Of a DNA stretch of 64,000 nucleotides, positions 10,834 through 22,506 are shown in pieces. The stretch spans positions 1 to 64,000 of the forward strand of contig CDMY01000355.1 in NCBI GenBank assembly GCA_001179505.1, read 5' to 3'. The notes under the pieces were generated by a model, which was not told the DNA's origin, made no database searches, and saw only the letters and a list, made by a program, of their open reading frames with translations. Both the position numbers and the translations under genes were made by a program. How positions within the stretch are numbered: position 1 is the first letter of the stretch; every line of letters begins with the position of its first letter. This DNA comes from Vitrella brassicaformis CCMP3155. Lineage: Eukaryota; Protista; Chromerida.

Positions 10834-12925
10834 ATGACGTCGACGAGCACCCCAGCGGCCGCCCCGAAGCCGCGCTCCATCTTGCACAAGACACGCAAGT
10901 GCCGGTTCTTCGAAATCGGCAAGTGCTTCTGGGTGAGACGGACACACAGACAGCCGGGGCGGGAGAGCTGCTGATGGGCAGTGAGACAGATGAGCAGCAA
11001 AGTCGCGTCGGTTTTGTGTGTGTGAGGGAGTCGGCCCGTCTCGTCTCGCTCATTTTGATTGCGCTCTCTGTCTGTCTGTCTGTCTGTCTGTCTGTGTTTG
11101 TGTGGTGTGTGTCCGACAGGGTGATGGGTGCCGTTTTGCGCATGGCGAGGATGACGTCCGCCAGAAGCCTGACCTCAAGTACACCAAGATGTGCCAGCAG
11201 TTCATGTGAGTCACTGAGCCGAGAGACCTCCACAAACCAACCGAGAGAGACACACACGACAGACACCAATCGACAAAAGACGTTGCTGCTGTGTTTTTTG
11301 TGTTGTGCAGCCGTGGTGAGTGCACCAACCTCGACTGCATCTTTGCACACAGGTACCACACACACACACACACATACACACACACATTGCCAGACAGGCA
11401 ATGGCGACACAGACCGACATGATGGTTGTTTGCCTGTCTGTCTGTGTGTCTGATTGTTTGCTTGCGCTGTTCGTTCAGTGACCAGGAGCTCCGCAGTCCC
11501 CCCGACCCTTCCCGCGTTATCAAGCGCGACCCGGCCGCCCTCACACAGACGACCGTCAGACGCAAGGGAGGACCGCCACGAGACAACAACAAGACGATCC
11601 TCACCCACACATCGACACCCACTTCGACGACTGTAGCACCCACACCCATCGCCCCATCCACCACCACCACCACCATCAAGACCACCCCCCTCCCGCCCTC
11701 ACTGGCCCCCCTCCCCCCACACACCACTGCAGGCGCCGCGTCGTCCAACGCGTCAACCCCCGGCCGCTCATCGCACGCTGAGGAAATGTCGCCGTCGCGC
11801 TCCGTGCCGGCCGGCGACAGCTGTCTGGTGGGCTACATCCGCGTGAGCAGCAGCAGTGAGGGCGGCAGCAGCGACAAGGGCAGCGACTACGAGAGCGCCA
11901 GTGTGTCGCCTGTGTCCAAGGGCGGTGCTGGTCGTGAGCCTGAGGAGATGGGTGGGCACTGGCTGAGGGACGGCGCCACGCAGACGGACGAGAGTGTGGT
12001 GGGCACGCACCCCCACGGCAAGCAGGGCGGCAAGAAGGCCCTGCGCGTGGCCGTGGACGCCATCGACACCTCGCCCAAGGGGTCAGTCACTCAGTCAGTC
12101 AGTCAGGCACACACAAAGCGAACCACATGTACGTCCATCTGTCTGTCTGTCCATTCAACGAACGATCTGTGTGTGTCTTTGTTTCTCTTGATTCGATGCG
12201 ATGCGATCAACAGGCCGTTGACAGAGTCGCCCCGCTACGACGGGCAGCACGGCCACACCCCGTCCACCGTGACCGACCCCACCTTCTCCACCTCATGCCA
12301 CTCGTCCCCCGCACACTCCACCATCTCGCCATCGGCAGCCATGCGCCAAGCCATCGGGGCGCCTGGTACCCCTCCACCCCCGCCCCCTCCCCCACCGCCC
12401 CCTCCGCCCCCCGTTGCTGCCTTCCCGGCCACTGCGTACGCCAAGACCCCCACGGCGGACCCTCGCGGACTGATGGGGCCTGCACCGACCCCTCCACCCG
12501 CTGCTGGTGGTGGCGGTGTGGAGACGGCTGGCGCGTCGCCGCCCAAGCAGTACGCCCACCCTGCTGCTGCCGTGCCCGTCATGCCACACGTGCCGGCGGC
12601 GTACCACGAGGCCATGTACCGCGCCACGGCAACCGCTGCTGCAGGGGTGGGGGTGGCAGTGGGGGTGCGGCCTCCGACTCAGACTCACACACACGCTGTG
12701 TATGGCGGGTACCAGCAGCCACACCCACACCCACAGCCCCACCCCCAGCCCCAGCCCCAGCAGGTCACGGCCTGGCCCCCCACGGCGGCACTGCGCGTGC
12801 AGGGGTACGGTGATGCGGCGGCGGTGATGGCGTGGGCGCCCCACGGCCTGCCCTACTACGCCGCCCCGCACCCCGAACACACACTGGTGCCCGTCTACCC
12901 CGCCAACGAGGCCTACACCGAATAA
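10834..12925 (+). CDS. Tandem CCCH zinc-finger RNA-binding protein (TIS11/ZFP36-like) with long Pro/Ser/Gln-rich tail
   Basis: Spliced fingers LHKTRKCRFFEIGKCFW|GDGCRFAH and YTKMCQQFI|RGECTNLDCIFAH; introns 10933-11119 and 11353-11478 among others; stop TAA at 12923-12925. Confidence 0.85.
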
Positions 12926-14075
12926 GGGAGGGGAACACAGTGATGCGATCGATCAATGAATGAATGGTGTGTGATGGGTGGATGGATGGATGGATGGATC
13001 GTCGCAAGCGGCGATGGTCCCTCCCGTGTCTGTCGTGTCTGTCGTGTCTGTGTGTTGTGTCTGCTGTGCCGTGAGTGCTGTGTCTGTGTTGTGCCTGACT
13101 GGCTCGACATGGGCCACGCCAATGTCGTCGTGTCATGGTGTGGTGTGGTGAGAGACGGTCCGGTCCCTGTGGGTGGAGTCTTGTCAATCAATCGCCGGCT
13201 GGCCGGTCTCCGCTGTGTCTAAGGCGCGTGATAGACAGACAGGCAAGGCGGGATGGATGAGCGAAGTGAGAGACCATGTGTGTGTGTGTGTGTGTGTGTC
13301 TGCGGACGGATGGAGGGATGAGAGCTACTTGCTGTCTGTCTGCCTGTCTTTATCTGTCTGTCTATGGTGTTTTCACTATCTGTCTGTCGGTGTGTCTGGT
13401 TTTTACAATGGCCGAGTTGGCGTGCGGGTGGGTGGGATGATCGCATTGATATGCGGTGTTGCCCGCAGGGAGGGAGGGAGATTTCCCTTGATGCCCATGA
13501 CCCTGAGTGAATGAGTGAATGAGTGCTGCAGTCACAATGCGGCACAGCACACGACCGACACCCTATCGCATCGCACCGCATCTATCCATCCATCCATCCA
13601 CTCGGGCCCGAGTTTTCTTTGCCCTGGTATGTCGAGTGTTTCGAGTGTGTGAGAGTGGATGTCGGTCGGACTTCCGCCCGCCCTTTGTAAGGACTGGCTG
13701 CCTGGGTGGGGTGGGGTGTGGTGTGGTGTGAGCGCGCTGACTGACTGAATGACTTCCTTGTGTTGCTGCTGTCCATTTTGTAATTATATTGTGTGTATGT
13801 GTGTGTGTGTGTGTGTGTGTAACGACCCTTTTGTAATTGCTAACAACTAGACAAGCAAGCCCCACAGGCGATTGATTCCGCAACACACGGTGGACGCTGC
13901 TGCAACGCTTTGGCTGGTTGGTTGGTCTTTTGTGTATTGTGTCTTGTCGACGGACGGTGGTGCTACCTGGAGAGGGGGGGTGGGGGGTGGATCGCCATAT
14001 GGTCTTTTGTAATACAATCGCTAATCGCACCGCTGGCTGACGCGCTGGGGGGGAGAGATGACGCATTGATGTGAC

Positions 14076-14112
<37 letters not shown>

Positions 14113-14142
14113 GAGAGAGAGAGAAAGAGAGAGTGAGAGAGA
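14076..14142. repeat. (GA)n microsatellite, representative of abundant simple repeats in non-coding DNA
   Basis: Directly visible GA dinucleotide run with a few interruptions. Confidence 0.95.
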
Positions 14143-17100
14143 TTGATCGCATGGGAGGGGTGGGGGCATGGTTACGTAGCGAGGCCAAAGAAAAGGTAAC
14201 TAAAATCTTGCCTGGCTTTTTTTGATCAAGGACCACGTCTCTCATGACGATACGATCGATGCTGACATCCAGACAGACAGACAGACATTGGATGAGTGAC
14301 TACTCTCTCTCTCCGGCGAACCATGGATGGGTGTGCCGTACCGATGCGTCCATGTGTGTGTGTCTTCATGTCATGTGTACGTCTTCGTGGCTCTGCATGT
14401 CATGTTTCTTCTTGCGTGTCTACTACCTACCTCCTTCCATCACTCCCCCTGGACCGATTCCGAAGATTGATTGATTGGTTGAGTGAGGAGTGAGTCCGGT
14501 GCCTGCCAGCCGTCCGTGTGTGTGTGCATGTGTGTGCGTGTGCGTGTGTGTGTGGCTGGTCGATCGACCGACGGCCGACCTATGGATGGATGGAAGGAAC
14601 AAAGAAAAGCGGCCACCCCAAAGGAGGACTGTCCAATGGCGGACATCCAGGGAAGCTGCGGCAAGACAGACAGACAACAGGAGATGAATGGATGGGTGAA
14701 TGAATGGATGGGTGAATGGGATGGATGGATGGATGAGTCGACGCGGTCGGTACACATGCATACGTGCTTGCACAGCGTGGAGAGATAGGCGAATGGAACC
14801 ACTCACTCACTGACTGACTACCTACTTACTGGCTGGCTGGCTGGCTCTTGACCAACCAACCGACCGACTGACTGACTGACTGACTCCATGCCGAGGCTAG
14901 CTGCCCCTATTGATCCATCCATCCATCCACTCACCCTGTGTAAGCCATGCCGTGTGTTGTGCACATGTGTGCATGGGCAGATTTTGCGTGCTGAGAGACA
15001 GACAGACAGACGGACCAACCGACCAACCGACGGACGGAATTCGCCGCATCCATCCAGCCATCCACTCATTCGTGCTATTCTCATGACTCATTGACTGACT
15101 GACTGACTTCCCGACAGCCAGATTGATTGATTGATTGATCGAGGGTGCCGGGGTAGCTAGCTAACGTGCGGGCGTTGTTCCCACCCCTCCTTCCCTCTCA
15201 CTCTCAGGTGAGAGGGACGTCTTTAAACGAACAAATCAAAGGAAGGCCTCACTTGTTGGCCCACTGACAGACAACTGGCTGGTGTGTGTGCGTGTCCATG
15301 TGTGTGTGCGTGTGGGTGTGCGTGAGCATCTGTGTTCGTGTCTTTGTGCTGTGTAGCGTCGTGCCGTGTCGTGTTGTGCGGCCCTTTGTGGCCAGTCAGT
15401 CCATTGCCGTGTATGTCAGCCGTGCCATGCCATGCGATGCCATCGTCCATCCACGATGACCTTTCTTCTCCCTTCTCCCGCCTGACTGCCTGCCTCCCCG
15501 CCTGTCTGCCAGCTATCTGTTTCTCAAAGGGAGGGCACTTGGGGACGGCGGGTGGGGGGCCGGGTGGTGTAGGTGGTGCAGAGGGGGGGGGGAGTGGGAG
15601 GTCGACGGGCTCGGCGAACCGGACTAAAATGCTTGCTTACATCTCTCGGGCCTGGCGCCTGCTGCCTTGCTGAGCTTCATTCATTGGCGGCTGGCTCCTT
15701 CCTTCCTCTAGATCTACACGGCTGGCTGGCGACGGATGGGTGTATGGGTCTGTCTATCTCTATGGCGGGGCTGGGGCTGCGACGTCCATGTATCATGCGT
15801 GGCGTGCGTTACTTACCATCATGCTTCTCATCCATTCTTTCTCGAGAAAGCGGACTCTTGGTGTCTTGACTGGATCGGTGTCTTGATTGGTGTGGTGTCC
15901 TTCCTGTATTGCTCCTCGCTCACGTACTGTGTCACTCACTCACTCACTGACCGACTGACTGACTGGTGGCTATTTCTCATAATAAATACCTTCCATCCAT
16001 TCATGATTCGATCTTTGTCTCGATCTCAATCGATCGTCGTCGACTTGTGGACCGACCGAAGCGATCGACCTCTCGGGTATGCTGTACATAATCCACATGT
16101 ATGCGTATGACTTACATACGGACTTACATATGATATGTACACACCCATGTCATGCATGTCCTGCCTGGCTTGCCTGCCTTGCCTTGCCTGCTTTGCTGCA
16201 TACGTCTGTCGTCTCTCCGGGGCCGCATTCTATAGGTCCTCAAAGGCCCACACAAACACGGGCGGGGGAGCAGACACACTAACTTACTTCACCTCATGTC
16301 ACCTACCTGTCCTGACCTCACTCCCTCTTAGACTAACTCCTGTCTGTCTGTCTAGCTGCTCCTCACTCACCTGCACACTTGCACACTTGCATACTCACTC
16401 ACTGCCTCTCTCTCTTGTCGTTCTTCTTGTATGTCTGATCGAATAGCATGCACACTTTGTCTCTTCCACTGGCTGGCTGATGTCTGGATGTCTGGCTGTC
16501 TTGACGACACGAGCGACCCAAGGGCGCAATGGGCCGGCCTGGCCTGGCGGGCAGTGAATTGCGAGAGGTGGCGTCCCGTCGTCTACCTCATTTTTGGATG
16601 TACACGGTCAATGGACGGAAGTCTGGCGCAAAGAAGAAATCTCTCGCCGGCCTGCCTGCCTGACTGCCTGCCTGCCTGCCTGGTCGTCGTCGTATGATCC
16701 CACTCTCTCTCCTGCATGCTTGTCGAAGTGTCCTTCCGTCTGTCCGTCCGTCCGTCTGTCTGTCTGTGTCTTCTGTGGTGTGTGTCTGCGTGCGTGCGTG
16801 TCTCTCTTCTCGACACCAACCAAGTCTGTCTGTCTGTGTATGACACCAATCGATCGTCACAGCTGGTGAACACGGCGGGTATTTTTGACTCGTTAGTCCA
16901 CTACTTGTATATGCTCATACGCCTGATCGATGCGATCGATGCATACGTGACTTGTACTTGCCAGCCAGTCGATGCTATGCCTGCCTGCATGCTTGCCTGC
17001 TTGCTTGCTAGATTCTCTCTCCTCTCCACCACACCACCGCGCCACCGCGGAGCTCCTTACTACTTGCTGCTGTGATGGATGGATGGATGGATCGATGAAA

Positions 17101-20100
17101 TCTTGCTACCTAGGGAGTTAGGGCAATTCTAAAGAAACACAACCTTGCTTGCGCTCTTTTTGGTCACTCACTCAGTCACTCGCTATGCGTCCGTCAGCCA
17201 ACTACACACACACCAGATGGAGGCTGGTGGTGCGGTGTGTTGTGTTGTGTTGTGAGGGCACGGAGAGCTGGCTGCCGGGGCCTGATCTGGTCTGGTCTGC
17301 TCTGATCCCCGTTCCATCGTCCCTTCCTCCTTCCCTCTCTCTCTCTTGCGTGGCGTTTTTGCTGCGGTGCGGCTGGCTTGATGGACGGATGTGTGGATGG
17401 ATCCCTTGGTGAGGGGTGGAGATGCTTTGAATGACGGAGACAGACAGTCCTGCTGTGTGTGGCGAGTGAGTGATGCCTGCCTGCGTGTCTGCCTACCTAC
17501 CTGCTTGTCTGTCTCGGTGTTCTCAGCTGTGAGTGAAGTCGTGGGGGCGAAAGGGTCTGCGTAGGGGAGGGAGGGGGGGGAGGGGGAATTAATGGCATAC
17601 TGGCTGGCTGAGTGACGTCGTGTAGCCAACGGGGAGGGGTGGTGGGTCGATGGATGGATGGATGGTGGGAAAAGCGGATGGAAGAGAAGGCAATGGAGTT
17701 CATGTCATCGACCCACCTACTCTGCTCTGCCTGTCTGCCTGGCTGTGTGGCTGGCTGGCTGGCTGCATTGGTTGGTCGGTCGGTTGAGTGTTCACCTCAC
17801 TTGATGGCCGTCTGTGGCACAACTAACTACCATGATGCATATCATAGCTAGCCCTGCTGACTGAACAGAGGGGAGAGGGAGGGCCAGGCAGGGGGACGTA
17901 ACAACAGCAACACTGACTGCGCCCTCACTGCTGCCTCAGTCATGCTGCATGTGTGTGTGTGTGTGTGTGATTGTTTCTTTTGTACCCTCTTTTTACAATA
18001 ACCAGCCATCCACAATCCTCTAGCCTGGCCTGGCCTGACCCGACCGACCCACATGCCGTCCGCTGCGAGCGACACGAGTGAGTGGTTTTGCGTGCTTTCA
18101 TCAGTCCGTCAGACAGCCAGTCAGTGAAGCTAACTAACTCCTCTCGTCCCTGTCACCATCCACCCACTCATCCGGCCATTTATTCTCTCATCCAGCCTTT
18201 TACGCTATCCATTCCATTCAACCATCTCCAGCTGCCCAACTGCCTGTAGACGTGCGTCGTTTGTTAAGTGAATGACGTGACGTGTGTGAGGTGGCGGGTG
18301 CACCCACGGCTGCGCGGCAACAAGCTAGGCTGTTTTTCCATATATACCAGGTGGTGCTGGTGGGCGGGGCGGGGCGGGATGGAGGGGGAGTGTTGCGGAG
18401 CAGTCAGGCAGGCGGGCGGGCCAGCATGGGTGGTCTGAATCATGGCTTGTGTGTGTGTGTGTCCTTTGCTGTTTTATGGCGTCTTGGTTGGTTGGTGGCT
18501 GATTGGGGAAGGTAGTCGATGTGCTGCTGCGGCTGGTGCGGTGTGGGTGCTGAAGGAATGGATGGATGGATGGACCGGTGTCACACGTAAATGCGTCCAC
18601 ACGCGAACTGACCATGCTGTGTCCATGCGATGCCACGCCATGCATGCCATGCGTGAGAGCTGCGATCGATGCGAATTCGTCTCAAGGCGAGTAATGCTGC
18701 TACAAACCCATCCACCCACCCATCCATCCATCCACCCACATAAATGCGCCCACCCCGCTGCCATAGCCGGCCCATCTACACATACCTCCCTGAGATGCAT
18801 TGATGGTGGTGCTGCTGCTGCCTTTGGCCTAACTAAGCTGCTTTCTCCTTGCCTGCCTACCTGCTTCCTGATTTTACTTACATCGTCTGTCTGTCTGTCT
18901 GTCTGTGTCTCCGGTCATGCTCTGCATGGAATTTTGTTTTTTCAGGCATCCCATCCATCCATCCATCCATCGTCCGTCCAGACAGACAGACATACTTGCT
19001 CACCTCACACAGCCAGCTCAGCTCAGGACATGCTGCATGCCGTCACGACATATCAATACGGACGGAACAAGAGCCCGTACGTCGCCGACTCATCCATCCA
19101 TCCATCCATCCTTCCGTGTACTTCCCCCGGTCGGTATGTGAAGGCAAGGCAAGGATGTAAGTAATTAAGTTGCCAGCTAGCGAGGAAGTGAGATCGACCG
19201 GACGGACGATGTGGGTGGCGGTACGTTGAAGCAAGGCAATGCACACACACAGCTGACACGTCAGCACGAAGCAAGGGAGGGGCGGAATTCGGGTCGATCC
19301 ATCTCTGCAGGGCTGCGGTTTGTGGTGGAGTATTCCGTGTGGTGTGGTTTGGTGTGGTGTGGTGCGAGGGAGTTTCGGCGATAAGTGAATGGATGGATGG
19401 ATGGATCGATTAAGTGAGTGAGTGAGTGGTCTTCACTCACCCACCACCCACCATCCACCATGCTTGATTTGATTGCTTCATGCTGCCTGTCTGCCACGTT
19501 AGTCGGTGGCTCCCTCCCTGGCTGGTCAGCAAAACAGCCGTTGGTTCGTTTTTTCACACAACACCTACCTCTACCTCTACCTCTCTCACGTAGATTCTCT
19601 CTCTCTGGTTACCTGTTATGCTCATAGGTCCTACATAGTTTTCCTCCCCTTCTGCTGCAGTGTGCGTCTCACCGTGCCGTGCCCTTCAATCCTCTCACTC
19701 TCACTCTCTCTGTATTGTATGTGTGTGAACCCATCCATCTTATGCCTGCCTGCCTGCCTGCCTGTTCCCGCCATCCTTCTCTCTCTCTCTCTCTCTCTCT
19801 CTCGCCGCTATCCATGCATCTTTCCATCGTCGCTCTTATTCCGTGCCGTGCCGTGCCGTACATGCCTGCCTGCCTGCCGTGGTGTGCCGGGATGTGGGTG
19901 AATGGGACAACTTTTTGTTGTGGGTGGTGAGAGCAGCTGCCGACAAAGCTCCTTTGGTGGCGTCTCCTGAATGATTTGATTGATGCGATCCATGCGATGG
20001 GATGGACGGATGGATGCGCACGTGCGGACGGCCATGCGGTCATGTCTGTCTGTCTCGCTAACTTCCTACCTGTTCACACGCATGCACACATCGATATGTA

Positions 20101-20835
20101 TCCATCCCCCTACGTATCCCTCACCCACCCAATATCAGCACACACACACACTGATCGACTCGACTGGTCTACACACTACACACACCTGTCGCCTGCGTAT
20201 GGGGGGAGAGAGGGGGAGGGGGGGGAGGGATCACACTCATGGTAGGCAGGCACACGTGGCAGCAGCAAGCCGACTGATCGGCCAGACAGCTATGTAGGTG
20301 CCAGCCATATTGTGGTAGTTTGATAAGGGGCCGGAGATTGATTGATGTGTCACCTTTCGTGTGTACCGATAAGAGATTCTGCTCAGCAGACAGAGAGGGA
20401 GGCCGATGACCACACACGTGTCCGTCGTCTCGGAATGTGCGTGTCTTTGCAAAGGTACTCTGCAAAGCCGCTCACATTGCGACTCGACACGCAGGGGTGG
20501 CCAAGCCCGGCAGGACGATCCGATCCGGCGGACAGATCTCGATGCGATGCATGCACACACAAGGACAGTGGTGTGGTATCGCGGGTAAGTGTGAATGCCG
20601 TACGTACCGTGGTTGCCACAGTGTATACACCGCAGTGAGTGCTTTTGGTTGTACGTTGACTCATTTTTCGTCCCATGTATCCTTTCAATGCGCCCACAAC
20701 ACACACAGTGCAACTCGGGTCTGAAATCCTGGCCAGATCATGCCAGCTAGCCGTTGAGTCTTTCGTGCAAGCTTCATCGACTACTTTCTTCACTCTCTCC
20801 CCCAGTCGACGACTCTGTCTCATCTTCGAATCACG

Positions 20836-21529
20836 ATGATGAAGGTCCTGCATCTTGGCGCCCTCCTGCTGGCCGCTGCTGTGTGCGCTGACTCCACCTC
20901 GTCCGCCACGAACGATCCAGCTGCTGCCGCCGCTGCCACTAATGCGACGGTAGGGAGGAAGGTCCAGCACGCCTTCGTCGACTGCCTGACTCATCGCCCA
21001 CTGCTACTGTGTGTTCTTCAGGCGCTTCGCGGATCTGTGAATGTGTCGACGGAGGTCATTGACACGGACGGTGAATAACGACCTTGCAGTGCTTGCAGTG
21101 CAGGAGTGCACTCATTCATTCTGTCTGTCTGTCTGTCTGTCTGCAGCTGCCGAAGGCGATGCTGGAGCTGCAGAAGCTCGTGAGCTGCAGGGCCAGGCAT
21201 GCAGCGTCAGCTCGTGTCAGTGCGTGGGCGTGTGGAACGAGAACGGCCACGGTGGCGTGTGCGGTATGTACGAGCTGGGCTTCTTCCCCGAGACCCAGTC
21301 GCTGCCCTGGTGCTACGTGAGTCGCCAGTGCCCCTTCGCCCGTAACAGCGTGCTGATGCCCGCTTATGCGTGGCTGATCCCCTGCTGCGTCCCTTCTGGT
21401 GGCGGTGGTGGCGGCACCCCACCCATGGCTGCCGCACCCGTGGCCAGCCCCCCCGCTGGTGGCCCAGCTGTGGCTGCCGGCAGGCCAGCTCCCGCTGTTG
21501 GCAGCCCACCTAGCGGTGGCGGCTACTGA
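20836..21529 (+). CDS. Secreted protein: signal peptide, ALRG...RELQ pro-region, Cys-rich domain, Pro/Ala/Gly tail (3 exons)
   Basis: MMKVLHLGALLLAAAVCA signal; introns 20950-21021 and 21071-21146; domain CSVSSCQCVGVWNENGHGGVCGMYELGFFPETQSLPWCYVSRQCPFARNSVLMPAYAWLIPCC. Confidence 0.8.
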
Positions 21530-22506
21530 CGAGGTAGGTGGGCTGGGCGGGGGTGAGTGGTGTGAAGGGCATTCTGGATGGATGGGTGTGATCACTGTTG
21601 TGTGTGTGTGTGTGTGTTTGCCTTAGTGCGTCGGTATTTTCGTGTGAGCATCTGGTCCGGTGTGTGTGTGTGTGTGTGCAAGGGGCTAGGTGAGTGTGCG
21701 AGGGGCTGGGTTTTGATTGACTGTCCGGCTGCCAACACTCCAGCTGATCTGATTTGATACGTACGACCGGTGCCCACGTACAACACGTTACTTGTGGGTC
21801 GTTTCGGTTGTGTTTGTACTGCGTGTGGTGTGGGGTGGTGTGGTGTGGGGTGTGTGCCGTGTGCACACAGGCAAGGGAAGGGCTGCCACGTGTCTTTGTG
21901 TGGCGGGTAGTAGCAGTAGTCTACTAGGTGATTTATAATTTGAGCGGCATCTTGGTTGGTTGATGCACGGATAAGTGTGCATACAACAGAGAGGAGGGAG
22001 GGCAGTCTGTCTGGTCTCATGGATGGATACACGGTGTCTTTGCGTGTATGTATGCTCTCAATATCAACACACTTTTACATGAGAGCATAAGAAGTACGAG
22101 AACCGGTCAGCAGCAGTCGAGCAGTACAAGTGACCGCACGGACCGACCTGGACCACGACCGACGGACAAAACACACGCAACCAACGAGTTCCACACACAT
22201 AGTTCCACCCCACACACGAACGCCTTCATCGCCATCCTTGTCGCGTTTGCTCTCAGTGCGCCGACCACACACTACAGTGCAAACCGGCGCCCCATGGACG
22301 CTTCCTTGGCCGCCATCGCGATTCTCGCCAGATCGGGAATTCGGGTGCGAGCTTAAACGGATCTTTCAGCGAGCTCGAACGGATCCACAAATCTGCCTTG
22401 CATCTCCCTCTTATCTGTTCCTTCCAGCCCCTGTCAGCGTGCATACGAACCGATTTCATCGCAGATCTATCATTCCTGGAATCCCACCAGACCAGCCAGC
22501 ACCGTG

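Noticed and set aside
12956-20713. Dozens of 60-240-aa ORFs in the supplied track
   Set aside because: Translations are THTH/VCVC/PSIH/DRQT microsatellite products with no consistent splice chain or domain.
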